Source: Octopus vulgaris
Taxonomy: Eukaryota
Assembly (NCBI GenBank): GCA_951406725.2
Contig: OX597820.1
Coordinates: forward strand, 104,470,001 to 104,534,000
Length of the DNA: 64,000 nucleotides
Direction: 5' to 3'
This document shows positions 1-12,243 of the stretch, piece after piece. Position numbers and translations under genes: made by a program. Numbering within the stretch: the first letter of the stretch is position 1; every line of letters begins with the position of its first letter. A model generated the notes under the pieces. That model worked only from the letters and a program-made list of their open reading frames with translations, did no database searches and had not been told where the DNA came from.

Positions 1-134
1 ATAAAATTGCTACCGTTGTTTGTCAACAACAACTATCGGCGGTGTATTTTTCGTTTGTCACTGTTATTTATGACAACGTTTGTGCGTTTGTACTGGTTTT
101 AGCTTTAAGGTTAATGTTTTAGGGTTAGGGTTAG

Positions 135-344
<210 letters not shown>

Positions 345-354
345 AAGGTTTGAA

Positions 355-923
355 AATGCAATTTTAAAGATGATTATTCACTTAACCGGTTTCACTTTTT
401 TAGAAAAAGATTGTCAAAAGTAAAATGTAAAGCTTTGTAGAAACAAAAAAATCCTTTCAATTCCACATTGCTCTTCCTTCCCCCCACCCAACCAACCTCC
501 CACACTGTCCCTTAAAATAGCAAACAACCCTTAGCTTCACACAAAATAAAAAAAAGCTAAAACAGGTCAAATTCCTAAATATATCTCCTGTGTGTATATA
601 TATATATATATACTACCAAATATGACCTTTTCGAACTCCTAATACTTTTCTGTGTATGTATATAGATACTTTCAAACAAACATGATTTTTAATGAACTCT
701 TAATATTTTTATTGAACTTTTTGTTTAATGTTTTCGCAAGATGGTAAACTGTTTTTAACATTTTCTTATTATTATCTATCTATGTATAAATGTATCTTAA
801 TATTTTGTGACAACTAGTACTTAACACAACAAAGCTTATACAAAGCTTTACATTTTACTTTTGACAATCTTTACCTAAAAAAGTGAAACCGGTCAAGTGA
901 ATAAACAACTTTAAAATTGCATT
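355..923. mobile_element. Non-coding element bounded by ~85-bp inverted repeats (355-439 / 839-923), each arm with a degenerate hammerhead-like motif
   Basis: The arms are reverse complements with a few mismatches. The right arm reads TTTACTT-TTGACAA-stem-GAAA-CCGG-TC-AAGTGAA. Confidence 0.6.
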
Positions 924-1014
924 ATATATACATGTGTATGTATGTATGTATGTATGTATGTATGTATGTATGTATACGCGCGCACGCACACACACACAAA
1001 TACAATATGTGTTT

Positions 1015-1205
1015 GTGTTTGTATTTGTCTCCTGCAGCCAATTCATGACCGATGTTGCTGTACTTATGTCCTGTAACTTAGTGGTTCGGCAAAAGAAACA
1101 GATAAAATAAGACAGAAAAATACTGCTTTCAGTACGTTCGATTAATATTCTTCGAGGCAGTGCCCCCCCCCCCAATATGGCTGCAGTCTAATAACTGAAA
1201 CAAAA
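1015..1205 (+). mobile_element. SINE family A, 3' half (diverged)
   Basis: Matches the tgtttgtc...gtaacttagtggttcggcaaaag...gcagtctaataactgaaac tail seen in full copies at 9871 and 32155. Confidence 0.75.
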
Positions 1206-1240
1206 GATACACTTATATACATTCACGCATACATACACAC

Positions 1241-1324
1241 GTACATACATACATACATACATACATACATACATACAGACAGACAGACAGACAGACAGAC
1301 ACAGATAGATAGATAGATAGATAT
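1241..1324. repeat. (ACAT)n/(ACAG)n/(ATAG)n compound microsatellite abutting the LINE 3' end
   Basis: Seen directly in the sequence. Confidence 0.95.
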
Positions 1325-2772
1325 GTTTCTTTATTAGCCACACAGGGCTGCACACAGATAGAACAAATTACAAGGTAGAGCTTTTCTTTTGAATGTTTAA
1401 AAAAAAAAAAAAAAAAAAAAGTAAGGGGGAGTTTCGATCAAAAGGGATCGTAAAAGGAGAGAAGGAGGACAAAAAAGGGGGTTAAAAAAAGGGGAGAGGA
1501 AAAAAAAAAAAAAAAAAATTGATCAATAGGGATCGTTATCACAGAAATGTCAATATGAAGTGTAAAGGGGAGGACAGGTGAGGTTTACCCCGTGGAAAGA
1601 AAAGCCTACGGAAAAGACCACGGTAACCTCGGTCAATGAAGTCACATTTTATATTTCTTTTTTTTTTTTTTTTTTTCAAATAAGCAACTCTCTGTTTTCG
1701 ATTTCTGGGTTCATAGGACTATGCTCAAGGTGGCTTCGTCATTCATACGTGCCATTCTTGCTACATTCACCCATCTTTTTTTAAAACATTCGCTAGACAA
1801 AACTTGCCTCTCTACTCTCACTTTCCTTTTCAAGTGGTACTTGAAGAAGTTGATGAGAGATTGACCAGAGAGGAAAGTGTTTGTCTCCAATCCTTTCAGA
1901 CGCGTCCACCAGATACATTCTTTCGCCATAGCCACAAGGATGATGAAAATAGCTCTTCCTTCCCGTTTGAAGGAAGGAGGCGTGACAATATTGACGATAG
2001 ACTCAGCTGATAAACCGACTCGTCCCACACGTGACAGCAGTTGTTCGACATAAGCCCACAGGTCGGAAATGTTGGACACTGAACGAGTGCGTGCAGAACG
2101 GTTTCGTCGCTCTGACCGCATCTCGGGCAGGTCGGCCCCGTGTTTCTCGAGCCGTGTCTGTAGAGCTTATCCCGGAACGGGTAGCGCTTCTCGGTAGCAC
2201 TGCCAGGCCAGGGATCTCTGGAAGTTGTCCATGGGCCCTGGCCCGAAAGTCGTCCCGAACAGGCGGGTCAGGTACTCCTCGTCGACGTCCAGGTTCGCCC
2301 CGAGCTCGTCGTCGTACCTCCCCTCCACTAAACCCCTATAGAATGCTTTGGTTGTGTTGAAGTCACTTAAGGTCGACCCAGGACGGCAGAGTTGCTTGAG
2401 AGCAACGCGACACTCGCGGTGCCATTCGCCCTTCCTCGGCCTCTTTTTGATCCACGACTGCAGTTCGGTCATGGAGACGAGCTGCGGGAAAGCGTGCCTC
2501 ACAAACGGCGACCACACCTGTTCACCGTCGTCTACATAGAGCCAGAGATGTCGCAGTCTCAGCGCGTGTCTGCGCATCATCAACCACGGCATGCCCAGCC
2601 CTCCTTTTAACGGGTGTTGACAGCAAATGGATCGCCTGACCATCGGGACGCATCCTTTCCACAAGAAGCGAAAGAGGATGCGTTGTAGTTTGGTGATGGT
2701 AGGGTCGGGACAAGGTACGACGGTCAGGCGGTAGTAGATGACGGACGCGATGTACGTGTTCGCCACCTCCGC
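1325..2772 (-). mobile_element. L1/Tx1-like LINE, 5'-truncated copy 1 (ORF2 C-terminus with frameshifts plus 3' UTR)
   Basis: Translation includes FRFLWKG..VRR....P..GGLG, a post-RT motif of L1/Tx1, and KECIWWTR. The region collinear with copy 2's C-x2-C...H...C knuckle is present but frameshifted. The 3' end is ...agccctgtgtggctaataaagaaac followed by (TATC)n. Confidence 0.9.
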
Positions 2773-2773
2773 T

Positions 2774-2825
<52 letters not shown>

Positions 2826-2830
2826 GTAGG

Positions 2831-2884
<54 letters not shown>
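2773..2884. repeat. (GATA)n array between LINE copies 1 and 2
   Basis: Seen directly in the sequence. Confidence 0.95.
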
Positions 2885-2885
<1 letters not shown>

Positions 2886-2886
2886 A

Positions 2887-3900
2887 GTTTCTTTATTAGC
2901 CACACAGGGCTGCTCACAGATGGGTCAAATTACAAGGTAGAGCTTTTCTTTTGGGGGGTGAAAAAAAAAGTGGCGTAGATTTTCGATCAAAAGGGATCGT
3001 AAAAGGGGGGGGGGTGAAGAAACAAAAGAAGAGAAAAAGAAAAAAGAAGAAAAAGAAAAAAAGGGGGAAGAGGAAAAAAACGATCAATAGGGATCGTGTA
3101 TCACAGTGTCATGATGTACGGTGTAAAGGGGGAAGCAGATAAGATTTATCCGTGGGAAGAAAAACCTACGAAAAAGACCACGGTAACCTCGGTCAATATT
3201 GTTATATGTTACCACATTTGTTTGCAAGTGGGTAAGCCTCTGTTTTTAATTTCTGGGTTCATGGGATTATGCTCAAGGTGGCTTCGTCATTCATACGTGC
3301 CATCCTTGCTACATTCACCCATCTTTTTTTAAAATATTCGCTAGACAAAACTTGCCTCTCTACTCTCACTTTCCTTTTCAAGTGATACTTGAAGAAGTTG
3401 ATGAGAGATTGACCGGAGAAGAAAGTGTTTGTCTCCAATCCTTTCAGACGCGTCCACCAGATACATTCTTTCGCCATAGCCACAAGGATGATGAAAATAG
3501 CTCTTCCTTCCCGTTTGAAGGAAGGAGGCGTGACAATATTGACGATAGACTCAGCTGATAAACCGACTCGTCCCACACGTGACAGCAGTTGTTCGACTTA
3601 AGCCCACAGGTCGGAAATTGTTGGACACTGCACGATTGCGTGCAGAACGGTTTCGTCGCTCTGACCGCATCTCGGGCAGGTCGGCCCCGTGTTTCTCGAG
3701 CTGTGTCTGTAGAGCTTATCCCGAACGGGTAGCGCTTCTCGGTAGCACTGCCAGGCCAGGGATCTCTGGAAGTTGTCCATGAGCCCGAAAGTCGTCCCGA
3801 ACAGGCGAGTCAGGTATTCCTCGTCGACGTCCAGGTTCGCCCCGAGCTCGTCGTCGTACCTCCCCTCTACTAATCCCCTATAGAATGCTTGGTTTGTGTT
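2887..3900 (-). mobile_element. L1/Tx1-like LINE, 5'-truncated copy 2
   Basis: Collinear with copy 1 and has the same 3' end. Encodes CPRCGQSDETVLHAIVQCP (CCHC zinc knuckle). Confidence 0.9.
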
Positions 3901-3935
3901 ATGGATGGATAGATCGAAGAATAGATGGGTGGATG

Positions 3936-4000
<65 letters not shown>

Positions 4001-4012
4001 GTAGATAGATAA

Positions 4013-4074
<62 letters not shown>

Positions 4075-4127
4075 CGGTAGATAGGTAGGTAGGTAGATAG
4101 ATAGATAAATAGATAGATAGATGGATG

Positions 4128-4192
<65 letters not shown>

Positions 4193-4270
4193 GTAGATAT
4201 GTAGGTAGGTAGGTAGGTAGGTAGGTAGGTAGGTAGGTAGGTAGATAAATAGACAGTTAGATAGATAGAT
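3901..4270. repeat. (GATA)n/(GGTA)n array between LINE copies 2 and 3
   Basis: Seen directly in the sequence. Confidence 0.95.
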
Positions 4271-4435
4271 GTTTCTTTATTAGCCACACAGGGCTGCACA
4301 CAGACAGGACAAAATTACAAGGTAGAGCTTTTCTTTTGGGGGTAAAAGAAGGGGGTTTGGTTTTCGATCAAAAGGGATCGTAAATGGAAAGAAAGTGGAC
4401 AAAAAAAGGGGGCGTAAAATAAGATTTTTAAAAAA
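4271..4435 (-). mobile_element. L1/Tx1-like LINE, copy 3 (3' UTR only)
   Basis: Same gtttctttattagccacacagggctgc...caaggtagagcttttc...ttcgatcaaaagggatcgtaaa sequence as copies 1 and 2. Confidence 0.88.
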
Positions 4436-4460
4436 TAGATAGTTAGATAGATAGATAGAT

Positions 4461-4551
<91 letters not shown>

Positions 4552-4552
4552 C
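4436..4552. repeat. (GATA)n array
   Basis: Seen directly in the sequence. Confidence 0.95.
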
Positions 4553-4947
4553 AGAAGCTTTTGTTATCTAAGGAGTCAGACGATCAGACGCTGTTAAATC
4601 CTGTTTTGAATTGGACCAAACTCGTGACTGACCGATTAAAGGGAACTAATAAGAGTTATTAACTCGTGTTTAATCTGAAATAAATAGAAATAAGATTGGA
4701 AAGAAAATGGTGGCATTAGGTGTGGGATAGATGCTGGTGGATTAGTATAAATCAACAATGACTTCTATCCTATTCAGTACCGTAATGGGATTGTGTGTGT
4801 GTGTGTGAAGGAGAAATTGAGACGGTACAAAGGTATGATGGAAGTAATGAGTGAGTGGGAGTGACTTTGTATTTAGAAGGGTGTAAGGGAGAGGGAAATT
4901 GTGTGAGTGGAAGAGAAAGAAAGCCTGGTAAACAAAAACTAAAGAAG

Positions 4948-4988
<41 letters not shown>

Positions 4989-5343
4989 GCAGACAGACAG
5001 GTTAAACAGACGAAAAGAAAGACTGGGAGAAAGAGAGTGAAGGATGCTGGTAGTCAGGGAAGGTAATAAAAAAGGACAGAATGTTCAAGGAGCGTGTGAA
5101 AGAGAATGCGACAGAGCATTATATGGAATAGTATAGAAAAGGCAGACAGACAGATAGATAGATTGAGAAAGAAAGAGGGATAGAGTGGATAAATTAGATT
5201 GTCAGAGAGTAAAGAAACGTGAAAAGAATAGATAGATGTCAAACAGCGATTTCAAATTGAGAGACCAGCGAAGGGGAATATTATGAGTTTGTGCAGTGCC
5301 TTCGTAAGTAAATCAGTGCTGTTTCCCAGCGAGTAGAAAGCGA

Positions 5344-5756
5344 GGATCTTTTCGGTTTGAACGGCAGTTTTTTCTAGCGGTGTCATATGAAATTGTCACC
5401 CATAATTATGACCCTAATATCGATCTATTGCATTTCAATGTTTTAGGGTTAGGGTTAGGGGTGGGGGGAAGGGTATCTTTTTTTTCTTCTCAAATGTAAA
5501 TAAACCCAATCTGTTTCTTAAACGAGGGCATATTCATACGGCACAGAATGTTTTTACCTCAATAGACGTCATTGATTGGTTGAAATTGTGGAAATTGAAG
5601 AAAAAACAACAAATATCTTACAAACTATAGAATTTTCTCAATAATACCAAGAGAAAAAGATGTTTTATAAACACATTCTACCAGTATACGAAGTTTAAAA
5701 GTTTTTAGTTACGTGGAAATTATTTTATAAAATTGCCCTTCAAACCGAAAAGATCC
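5344..5756 (+). mobile_element. TTAGGG-containing MITE (TIR GGATCTTTTCGGTTTGAA...), complete copy
   Basis: Terminal inverted repeats at both ends and internal ttagggttagggttaggg. Flanks gaaagcga / gagagcgg match at 6/8, a degenerate 8-bp TSD. Confidence 0.9.
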
Positions 5757-5944
5757 GAGAGCGGTTTAGAGGCTTGAAGAGAGAATGGACAATTCAACAT
5801 GTTTCATAAATTTAGACGGTTTTTAACCGCATTTTGGAAAGTTTATCAAAATTGGGGGGGGGGGGATTTAAAGATTTCACTAATGTGTGTGTGGCGGGAT
5901 GTGTATCATCTTTTATCTTTAACTTATTTCTGTAATTAGGCAGT

Positions 5945-6160
5945 GGACATGATGCTGGGACACCGCCTTGAAGAATTCTTTTTTTTTTTTTTAGTCGAAT
6001 GAATCGACTTATTTTTTTAAAGCCTGCCACTTATTCTAGTGGTTTCTTCCTTTGCTGAACCACGAAGTTACGGGGATATAAACACATCAATGACCAATAG
6101 AAGAAGTACAGCGTCCGAATAACGGTTGGCAATCGGTTGTGGGGGACAAACACAGACACA
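5945..6160 (-). mobile_element. SINE family A, 3' half (diverged)
   Basis: Reverse complement of the family A tail (catgatgctggg..accgcc...aagttacggggatataaacac). Confidence 0.7.
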
Positions 6161-6232
6161 AAGACACACTCACTCACACACATACGCACGCGCACATACA
6201 TACATACATACATACATACATACATACATACA

Positions 6233-6266
<34 letters not shown>

Positions 6267-6360
6267 CATACATACATGCATGCATGCATGCATGCATACA
6301 TACATACATACATACATACATACATACATTTACATACATATATATATGTAAATGTGTGTA

Positions 6361-6513
6361 GCGTAGGAGTGGCTGTGTGGTAAATAGCTTGCTTACGAAC
6401 CACATGGTTCCGGGTTCAGTCCCACTGCGTGTCTTCTAGTGTCTTCTACTATAGCCTCGGGCCGACCAAAGCCTTGTGAGTGGATTTGGTAGGGGGAAAC
6501 TGAAAGAAGCTCG

Positions 6514-6558
<45 letters not shown>

Positions 6559-6592
6559 TGTGTTTGTCCGCCCAATATCGCTTGACAACGAT
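6361..6592 (+). mobile_element. SINE family A (tRNA-derived head, CORE-like), partial
   Basis: Head gcgtaggagtggctgtgtggtaa with box-B-like ggttcagtccc, and an internal (TG)n. Confidence 0.85.
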
Positions 6593-7526
6593 GCGTGGTG
6601 TCATCCTTGTTAGATGATATGTTAGTGTGAAAGTGTGGTAGTGTTGTTAATATGGAGTGAAAGGACGTACCTAAAATATGAGGAACTTAAATCCCCTAAT
6701 GCAAGAATATGCTAATGTACAGTGTTCCTATTAGAGGTGAGATGTCGTGGGCTTTGTAGCTAACTTACGCAGTGACTTACGTGTGTGCTATTGGAGTTAA
6801 AGAGGTCAACAGGGCAACAGGGCATAGATTCATGAACTGGAGAGGGAAACAAAAAATGCTTCATCTTGGATGTGGCAGACGCATGAGAAAGACCAAAGGC
6901 GAAAGCAAATAATAAGTTATCAGAAAGTAGTAAAATATAATAGCTGCAGGATTGAAATGGCAACAGCTGAACCTGGGTTGATACTGTGGTTGATGGATGA
7001 CTGAGAGTTTAAAAAGACACACACGCGCGCACGCACAAACACACACATACACATACACACAGACACACACACACACACACACAGAAAAAAAAAAACACCC
7101 GGATATTCCCTTCTAACATAAAAGCTTCTCGATACAGCTAAAAAAGCGATACTGTCGGAAGGTACCGAAACCGTGGTGTTTTCCTGTCAGCAGCTGATGA
7201 AGGGAGACTGTGTAGAAGGGCAAGCTATAAGTAAAATAATATAGGTGTATGCACTTGTATATGTGTACTTGTATGTAAGTGCCTAACTGTGCATTGATAT
7301 ATGTAGAGGTATATATATTGACGTTGCTCAATGTTATATATTTGTGTCGATGCATAAATTGGTACAACAGTGAATATTTCTTTTCACTCTTCGACGAAAG
7401 GCTCCGTTCTATTCGTTTGGTTTCTCTTCTTTCTCACGGTATAAAATTCCTTCCACGGGTTGAGCTATATATATATTTGTGTTCGTTAATGTATTTATAT
7501 ACTTATGGTAGCGGCGGCGACGGCTC

Positions 7527-7563
7527 CGGTGGTGGTGGTGGTGGTGGTGGTGGTGGTGGTGGT
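7527..7563. repeat. (GGT)n microsatellite
   Basis: Seen directly in the sequence. Confidence 0.95.
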
Positions 7564-8367
7564 ATTGGTAGGGGAGGGATTGGTGTTTGTGATGGTAATG
7601 TAAGTCTTACAAACAACAACAATCATTAAATAGCCATATTTATTGTTGCTGCTATTTACACAACAATGGCAATTCACAACTACTGTTCCCTATTATTTGT
7701 AAAACGTCTGCAAACAAGAACGGTGACCCCTTAAATCTTTGTTGATCCACGCCCCCTCTACACCTCTTCCACCTTCTGTTATTCACCTCAAAAGGGTCCA
7801 GTGATTCAACCCTTTTTGTACAACTCAGTAAAACATAAGTATTTTTTGTTTTTGTTTTTGTTTTCTGACAAAGGACTCTCAACTCTTTCACCAGGTCCCT
7901 TAGTGTATATGTGTGTGTATATGTATGTGTGTCTGTGTGTGTGTGCGTGTGTGTGAGAGTGCGCGCGCGCGTATCTGCATATGAATGTCTATTTGATTTT
8001 GGCTTTCTGCGCGCGTTTCGATGTGTGTATGCGTGTTCATCTCCGTGTATACGTGTGTATGTATGTGTTTGTACATGCGTATGTGTATGTGTGCTTGTCT
8101 GAGCATCTGTCTCTTCGCAGGTGTGTTTATGTATGTATGTATGTATGTATGTATGTATGGATGGATGGATGGATGGATGGATGGATGCATGCATGCATGA
8201 TGTATGTCTTTATCTATCTGTGTATATGTGTGTGCGTGTGTGTGCAGACCTGTATGTATATTTGTATGTTGTGTGTTGGCTGTACATGTGTAAAAGTGTT
8301 GGTGTATCTATGCGCGCACATGTCTATAAAATTTGCATAATCTTAGTGCAGATTCCGTATGGGTCTC

Positions 8368-8460
<93 letters not shown>

Positions 8461-8539
8461 CAACAATTTAATAAATAAAACATATGCATACATAGATATA
8501 TGTACATACCGACATCTATATGTACATATACATGCATAT

Positions 8540-8713
8540 ATGGATACAGGACACCACAAAAAAGAAAGTAGAATACAACGAGAAACGAAAACATAAAAAC
8601 AAAACATGGAAACGGAATTTTTTTAACAACGAAAAAACAGAGTACAAGACATACAACACAAGCAACATTCCCCTTCTTCAGCTGCCCCTGTTTCGACTTA
8701 TTGCGTGTTTCGA
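8540..8713 (-). mobile_element. Interspersed repeat related to 13110-13280; carries a CTGAAGA-AGGG motif
   Basis: Both copies start gg(a/g)tacaggac and end near cccttc(t/a)tcag...tttcga. Confidence 0.55.
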
Positions 8714-8742
8714 ATATATATATAATCGTTTGTTTGTGCGTA

Positions 8743-8777
<35 letters not shown>

Positions 8778-9181
8778 GTAACTGTCTGCCTTTGTGTGTA
8801 TGTACATACCGAATGCGACACTTGTGACATAACCTGGAGCATGCACTTCAAAAACAACATAAAATTGAAATAGAGTCCATGTAGTATATATGAAACCCCT
8901 TGGCGGTTTTTTTTCCATAACAATGAAAGATTTATAACAAAATCTGATTTGTTTGTCAGATTCATTTATGTATCTAAGCATGCATTGTCTACCTTGTATT
9001 GATGCGAGAGAGGCCATTGGTAATTAGGCATGTGTCTGATAGTCTATCATTTTCAGATCTGGTACGCACAGGTAAGCCTATGCTTCCCTGAGGAGATCTA
9101 ATAACAAAGATATGATGTCTTTGAATTTCTTGTCTAGTATTATCATAAAACTAATGATTTAGCTTAATAATAATTACTCTT

Positions 9182-9212
<31 letters not shown>

Positions 9213-9213
<1 letters not shown>

Positions 9214-9620
9214 ACTCTTTTACTCATTTCAGTCATTTGACTGCGGCCATGCTGGAGCACCGCCTTTTAGTCAACCAAATCGACCACAGGACTTATTGTT
9301 TGGAAAACTAGTACTTATCCTATCGGTCTATTTTGCCGAAACGCTAAGTTACGGGGACGTAAACACACCAGCATCAGTTGTCAAGCGATGTTGGGGGGAC
9401 AAACACAGACACACAAACATACTCACTCATATATATATATATATATATACATATATACGACGAGCTTCTTTCAGTTTCCGTCTACCAAATCCACTCACAA
9501 GGCTTTGGTCGGCGCAAGACTATAGTAGAAGACACTCGCCCAAGGTGCCATGCAGTGGGACTGAACCTAGAACCATGTAGTTGGTAAGCAAGCTACTTAC
9601 CACACTGCCACTCCTGCGCC
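9213..9620 (-). mobile_element. SINE family A, full length
   Basis: tRNA-like head, CORE-like ccttgggc-agtgtc segment, internal (TA)n and a gtaaaaga-repeat tail. Confidence 0.92.
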
Positions 9621-9870
9621 TAAGTTGTCCTGGAATGCTTGATGTAGTCAAAACAGAAATATGTACAAACGAAATATACTGAAGAAAATAAAAAGAATTT
9701 TATGTTTGTAAAGTCGCGTAGTAATATATTGAATTCTATTCATCGAACTGCTAAAATACAGATTTCAATAAAATTACTTCGCAACTGGAATCGATGCTGA
9801 TTTCCTTATTTTCAAACAATTTCACCGAACGCGGTGCTTCTGTATAGTCATTGTGTAATTACTAAAGACA

Positions 9871-10283
9871 GGCGCAGGAGTGGTTGTGTAGTAAGTAGCT
9901 TGCTTACGAACCACATGGTTCCGGGTTCAGTCCCACTGCGTGGCACCTTGGGCAAGTGTCTTCTACTATAGCCTTGGACCGACCAAAGCCTTGTGAGTGG
10001 ATTTGGTAGACGGAAACTGAAAGAAGCCCGTCGTATATATGTATATGTATATATATATATATGTATGTGAGTGAGTATGTTTGTGTGTCTGTGTTTGTCC
10101 TCCCAACATCGCTTGGCAACCGATGCTGGCGTGTTTACGTCCCCGTAACTTAGCGGTTCGGCAAAATAGACCGATCGAATAAGTACTAGGCTTCCAAAGA
10201 ATAAGTCCTGGGGTCGATTTGCTCGACAAAAGGCGGTGCTCCAACATGGCCACAGTCAAATGATTGAAAAAAGTAAAAGAGTA
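9871..10283 (+). mobile_element. SINE family A, full length
   Basis: ggcgcaggagtgg...ggttcagtcccactgcgtggcaccttgggcaagtgtc...catggccacagtcaaatga...gtaaaagag. Confidence 0.93.
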
Positions 10284-10321
10284 ATAGTAATAAAGAAACG
10301 ATAGTATATTTATCGCTTTTA

Positions 10322-10487
10322 GGGTGGCGAGCTGGCAAAATCGTTAGTATGCCGGAAAAAAAAAGCTTCACAATATTTCTACCAATTTTACGTTCTGAGT
10401 TCAAATTTCGCTGGGGTTGACTTTCGAAATCGATAAAACAGTTAGGCACCCTAGATTTATCATGCCTTCTTCCTATAGTAGAAATAA
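10322..10487 (+). mobile_element. SINE family B, tail type 2, internally deleted
   Basis: Head ggcgagctggcaaaatcgttag, then ttctgagttcaaatt, then tail cctatagtagaaataat. Confidence 0.75.
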
Positions 10488-11055
10488 TATACATGTTGCT
10501 TTTTATCAGACACCTATTATATATGTCACTGAGGTCATTTGGGGCGTTTTTTTTTTTTCCTTCCTTTTTTTTTTTTTTTTTGTCTTTTGATATTCTGTGA
10601 GGTGTTTGATTACCATTAATGTTTTTGTAAGAGCATATCTCGTCACGCTGGCTGTTTGTATAAGTGAAAGTATGTCTGAGAAATCCATTAGAAACGGTAA
10701 GGGCACCAGCATCGTTTCCCTGAGATATTCACACCACTTAGAATTCAGTCTCTTACAAAAAAAACCCATCCCCCCCCCCCAAAAAAAACCCCCAGAAAAG
10801 AGTAAAAGCAGTTTAGGTCCCAGCATGTTATCACTCCTGTTTCGTATAATGTCATGTAGCCTGCCTCCTACTGTTCCAACTCTGCCGAGATCACGGGTGA
10901 CATTATTTCAGTCATAACCAAGCTTTTTTTTACTTGACTGTATGGTTGAAATTCTCGTTTCTTTCATATTCCAGTTATTAGAGAGTGTCTTGTACTTTAG
11001 TTTTATGTATTCTATAATCAACTTCGTAGAAATCTTTTGCAAACTATTATGCTTC

Positions 11056-11203
<148 letters not shown>

Positions 11204-11329
11204 TATATATATATATACACACGCACACACACACACACATATACACACATACATATATAATATATATATTTATATATATCACCGTGACCGACCAGACTAT
11301 CATCGCTGGTCACAATGTGCTTCGCATTG

Positions 11330-11563
11330 TTTTAGCCTTCAAATGACGCCACCCGTCTGGCTAAGCGAGCAGACCAACAGAAGAAAGGGTGATAGAAAGT
11401 TGTGGCGAAGGAGTACAGCAGGGATCGCCACCATGCCCTACCGGAGCCTCGTGAAGCTTTAGGTGTTTTCGCTCAATAAACACTCACAACGCCCGGTCTG
11501 GGAATTGAAACTGCGATCCTACAACCGCGAGTCCGCTGCCCTAACCACTGGGCCATTGCGCCT

Positions 11564-11565
<2 letters not shown>
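11330..11565 (-). mobile_element. SINE family D (tRNA-derived head)
   Basis: Reverse complement reads ggaggcgcaatggcccagtggttagggcagcggactcgcgg..., homologous to 63513-63808. Confidence 0.85.
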
Positions 11566-11607
<42 letters not shown>

Positions 11608-11660
11608 GCATACATATACATACATACACACATAATATATGTATATATATTATTTACTGT

Positions 11661-11908
11661 GAAGGCGCGTGGCTTAGTGGTTAGGATGTCAGCAACATGA
11701 TCGTAAGATTGTGTTTTCGATTCCTGGACCGGGCGACGCGTTGTGTTCTTGAGCAAAACACTTCATTTCAAGTTGATCTAGTCCACTCAGCTGGCAAATA
11801 TGAGTAATGCTGCGATTGACTGGCGTCCCGTCCAGCTGGGAAACACATACGCCATTGAAACCAGGAAACCGGGCCTATGAGCCTGGCTAGGCTTTAAAAG
11901 GGCGCGTT
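11661..11908 (+). mobile_element. SINE family C (tRNA-derived head, V-domain-like 3' part)
   Basis: Box A tggcttagtgg, box B ttcgattcc, then gtgttcttgagcaaaacactt and ctgcgattgactggcgtcccgtccag. Confidence 0.85.
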
Positions 11909-12011
11909 TATTACTTATTATATTATTTACTAAACACAGTATATATTTTTATGAGTTAATAGTAGTTTTATGCGATAAAAGCCACTGAGACAGCATTTTA
12001 TAACACGTCAG

Positions 12012-12243
12012 GTGCCGTATGAATATGTCCCACCTTTAAGAAACAGATTGGGTTTATTTACATTTGTGAAGAAAAAAAGATACCCTTCCCCCACCCCTAA
12101 CCCTAACTAATCCTAACCCTAACTCTAACTCTAACCCTTAAACAGATTGAAATGCAATAGATCGATACTAGGGTCATAATTATGGGTGACAATTTCAAAT
12201 GACACCGCTAGAAAAAAAACTGCCGTTCAAACCGAAAAGATCC
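12012..12243 (-). mobile_element. TTAGGG-containing MITE, one-ended partial copy
   Basis: (CCCTAA)-like run and terminal ...ttcaaaccgaaaagatcc. Confidence 0.88.

Noticed and set aside
105-134. TTAGGG runs as a true telomere
   Set aside because: Only a few degenerate units, internal, and elsewhere clearly embedded in MITEs.
6600-6990. Possible decayed DIRS tyrosine-recombinase fragment (CPV motif, minus strand)
   Set aside because: Only a tripeptide-level resemblance; no HSxR or other catalytic motif recoverable.
9871-9945. tRNA genes at SINE heads (also 11490-11565, 11661-11735, 63735-63808)
   Set aside because: Box A/B are present, but I found no complete cloverleaf and each continues into a repeated SINE body.
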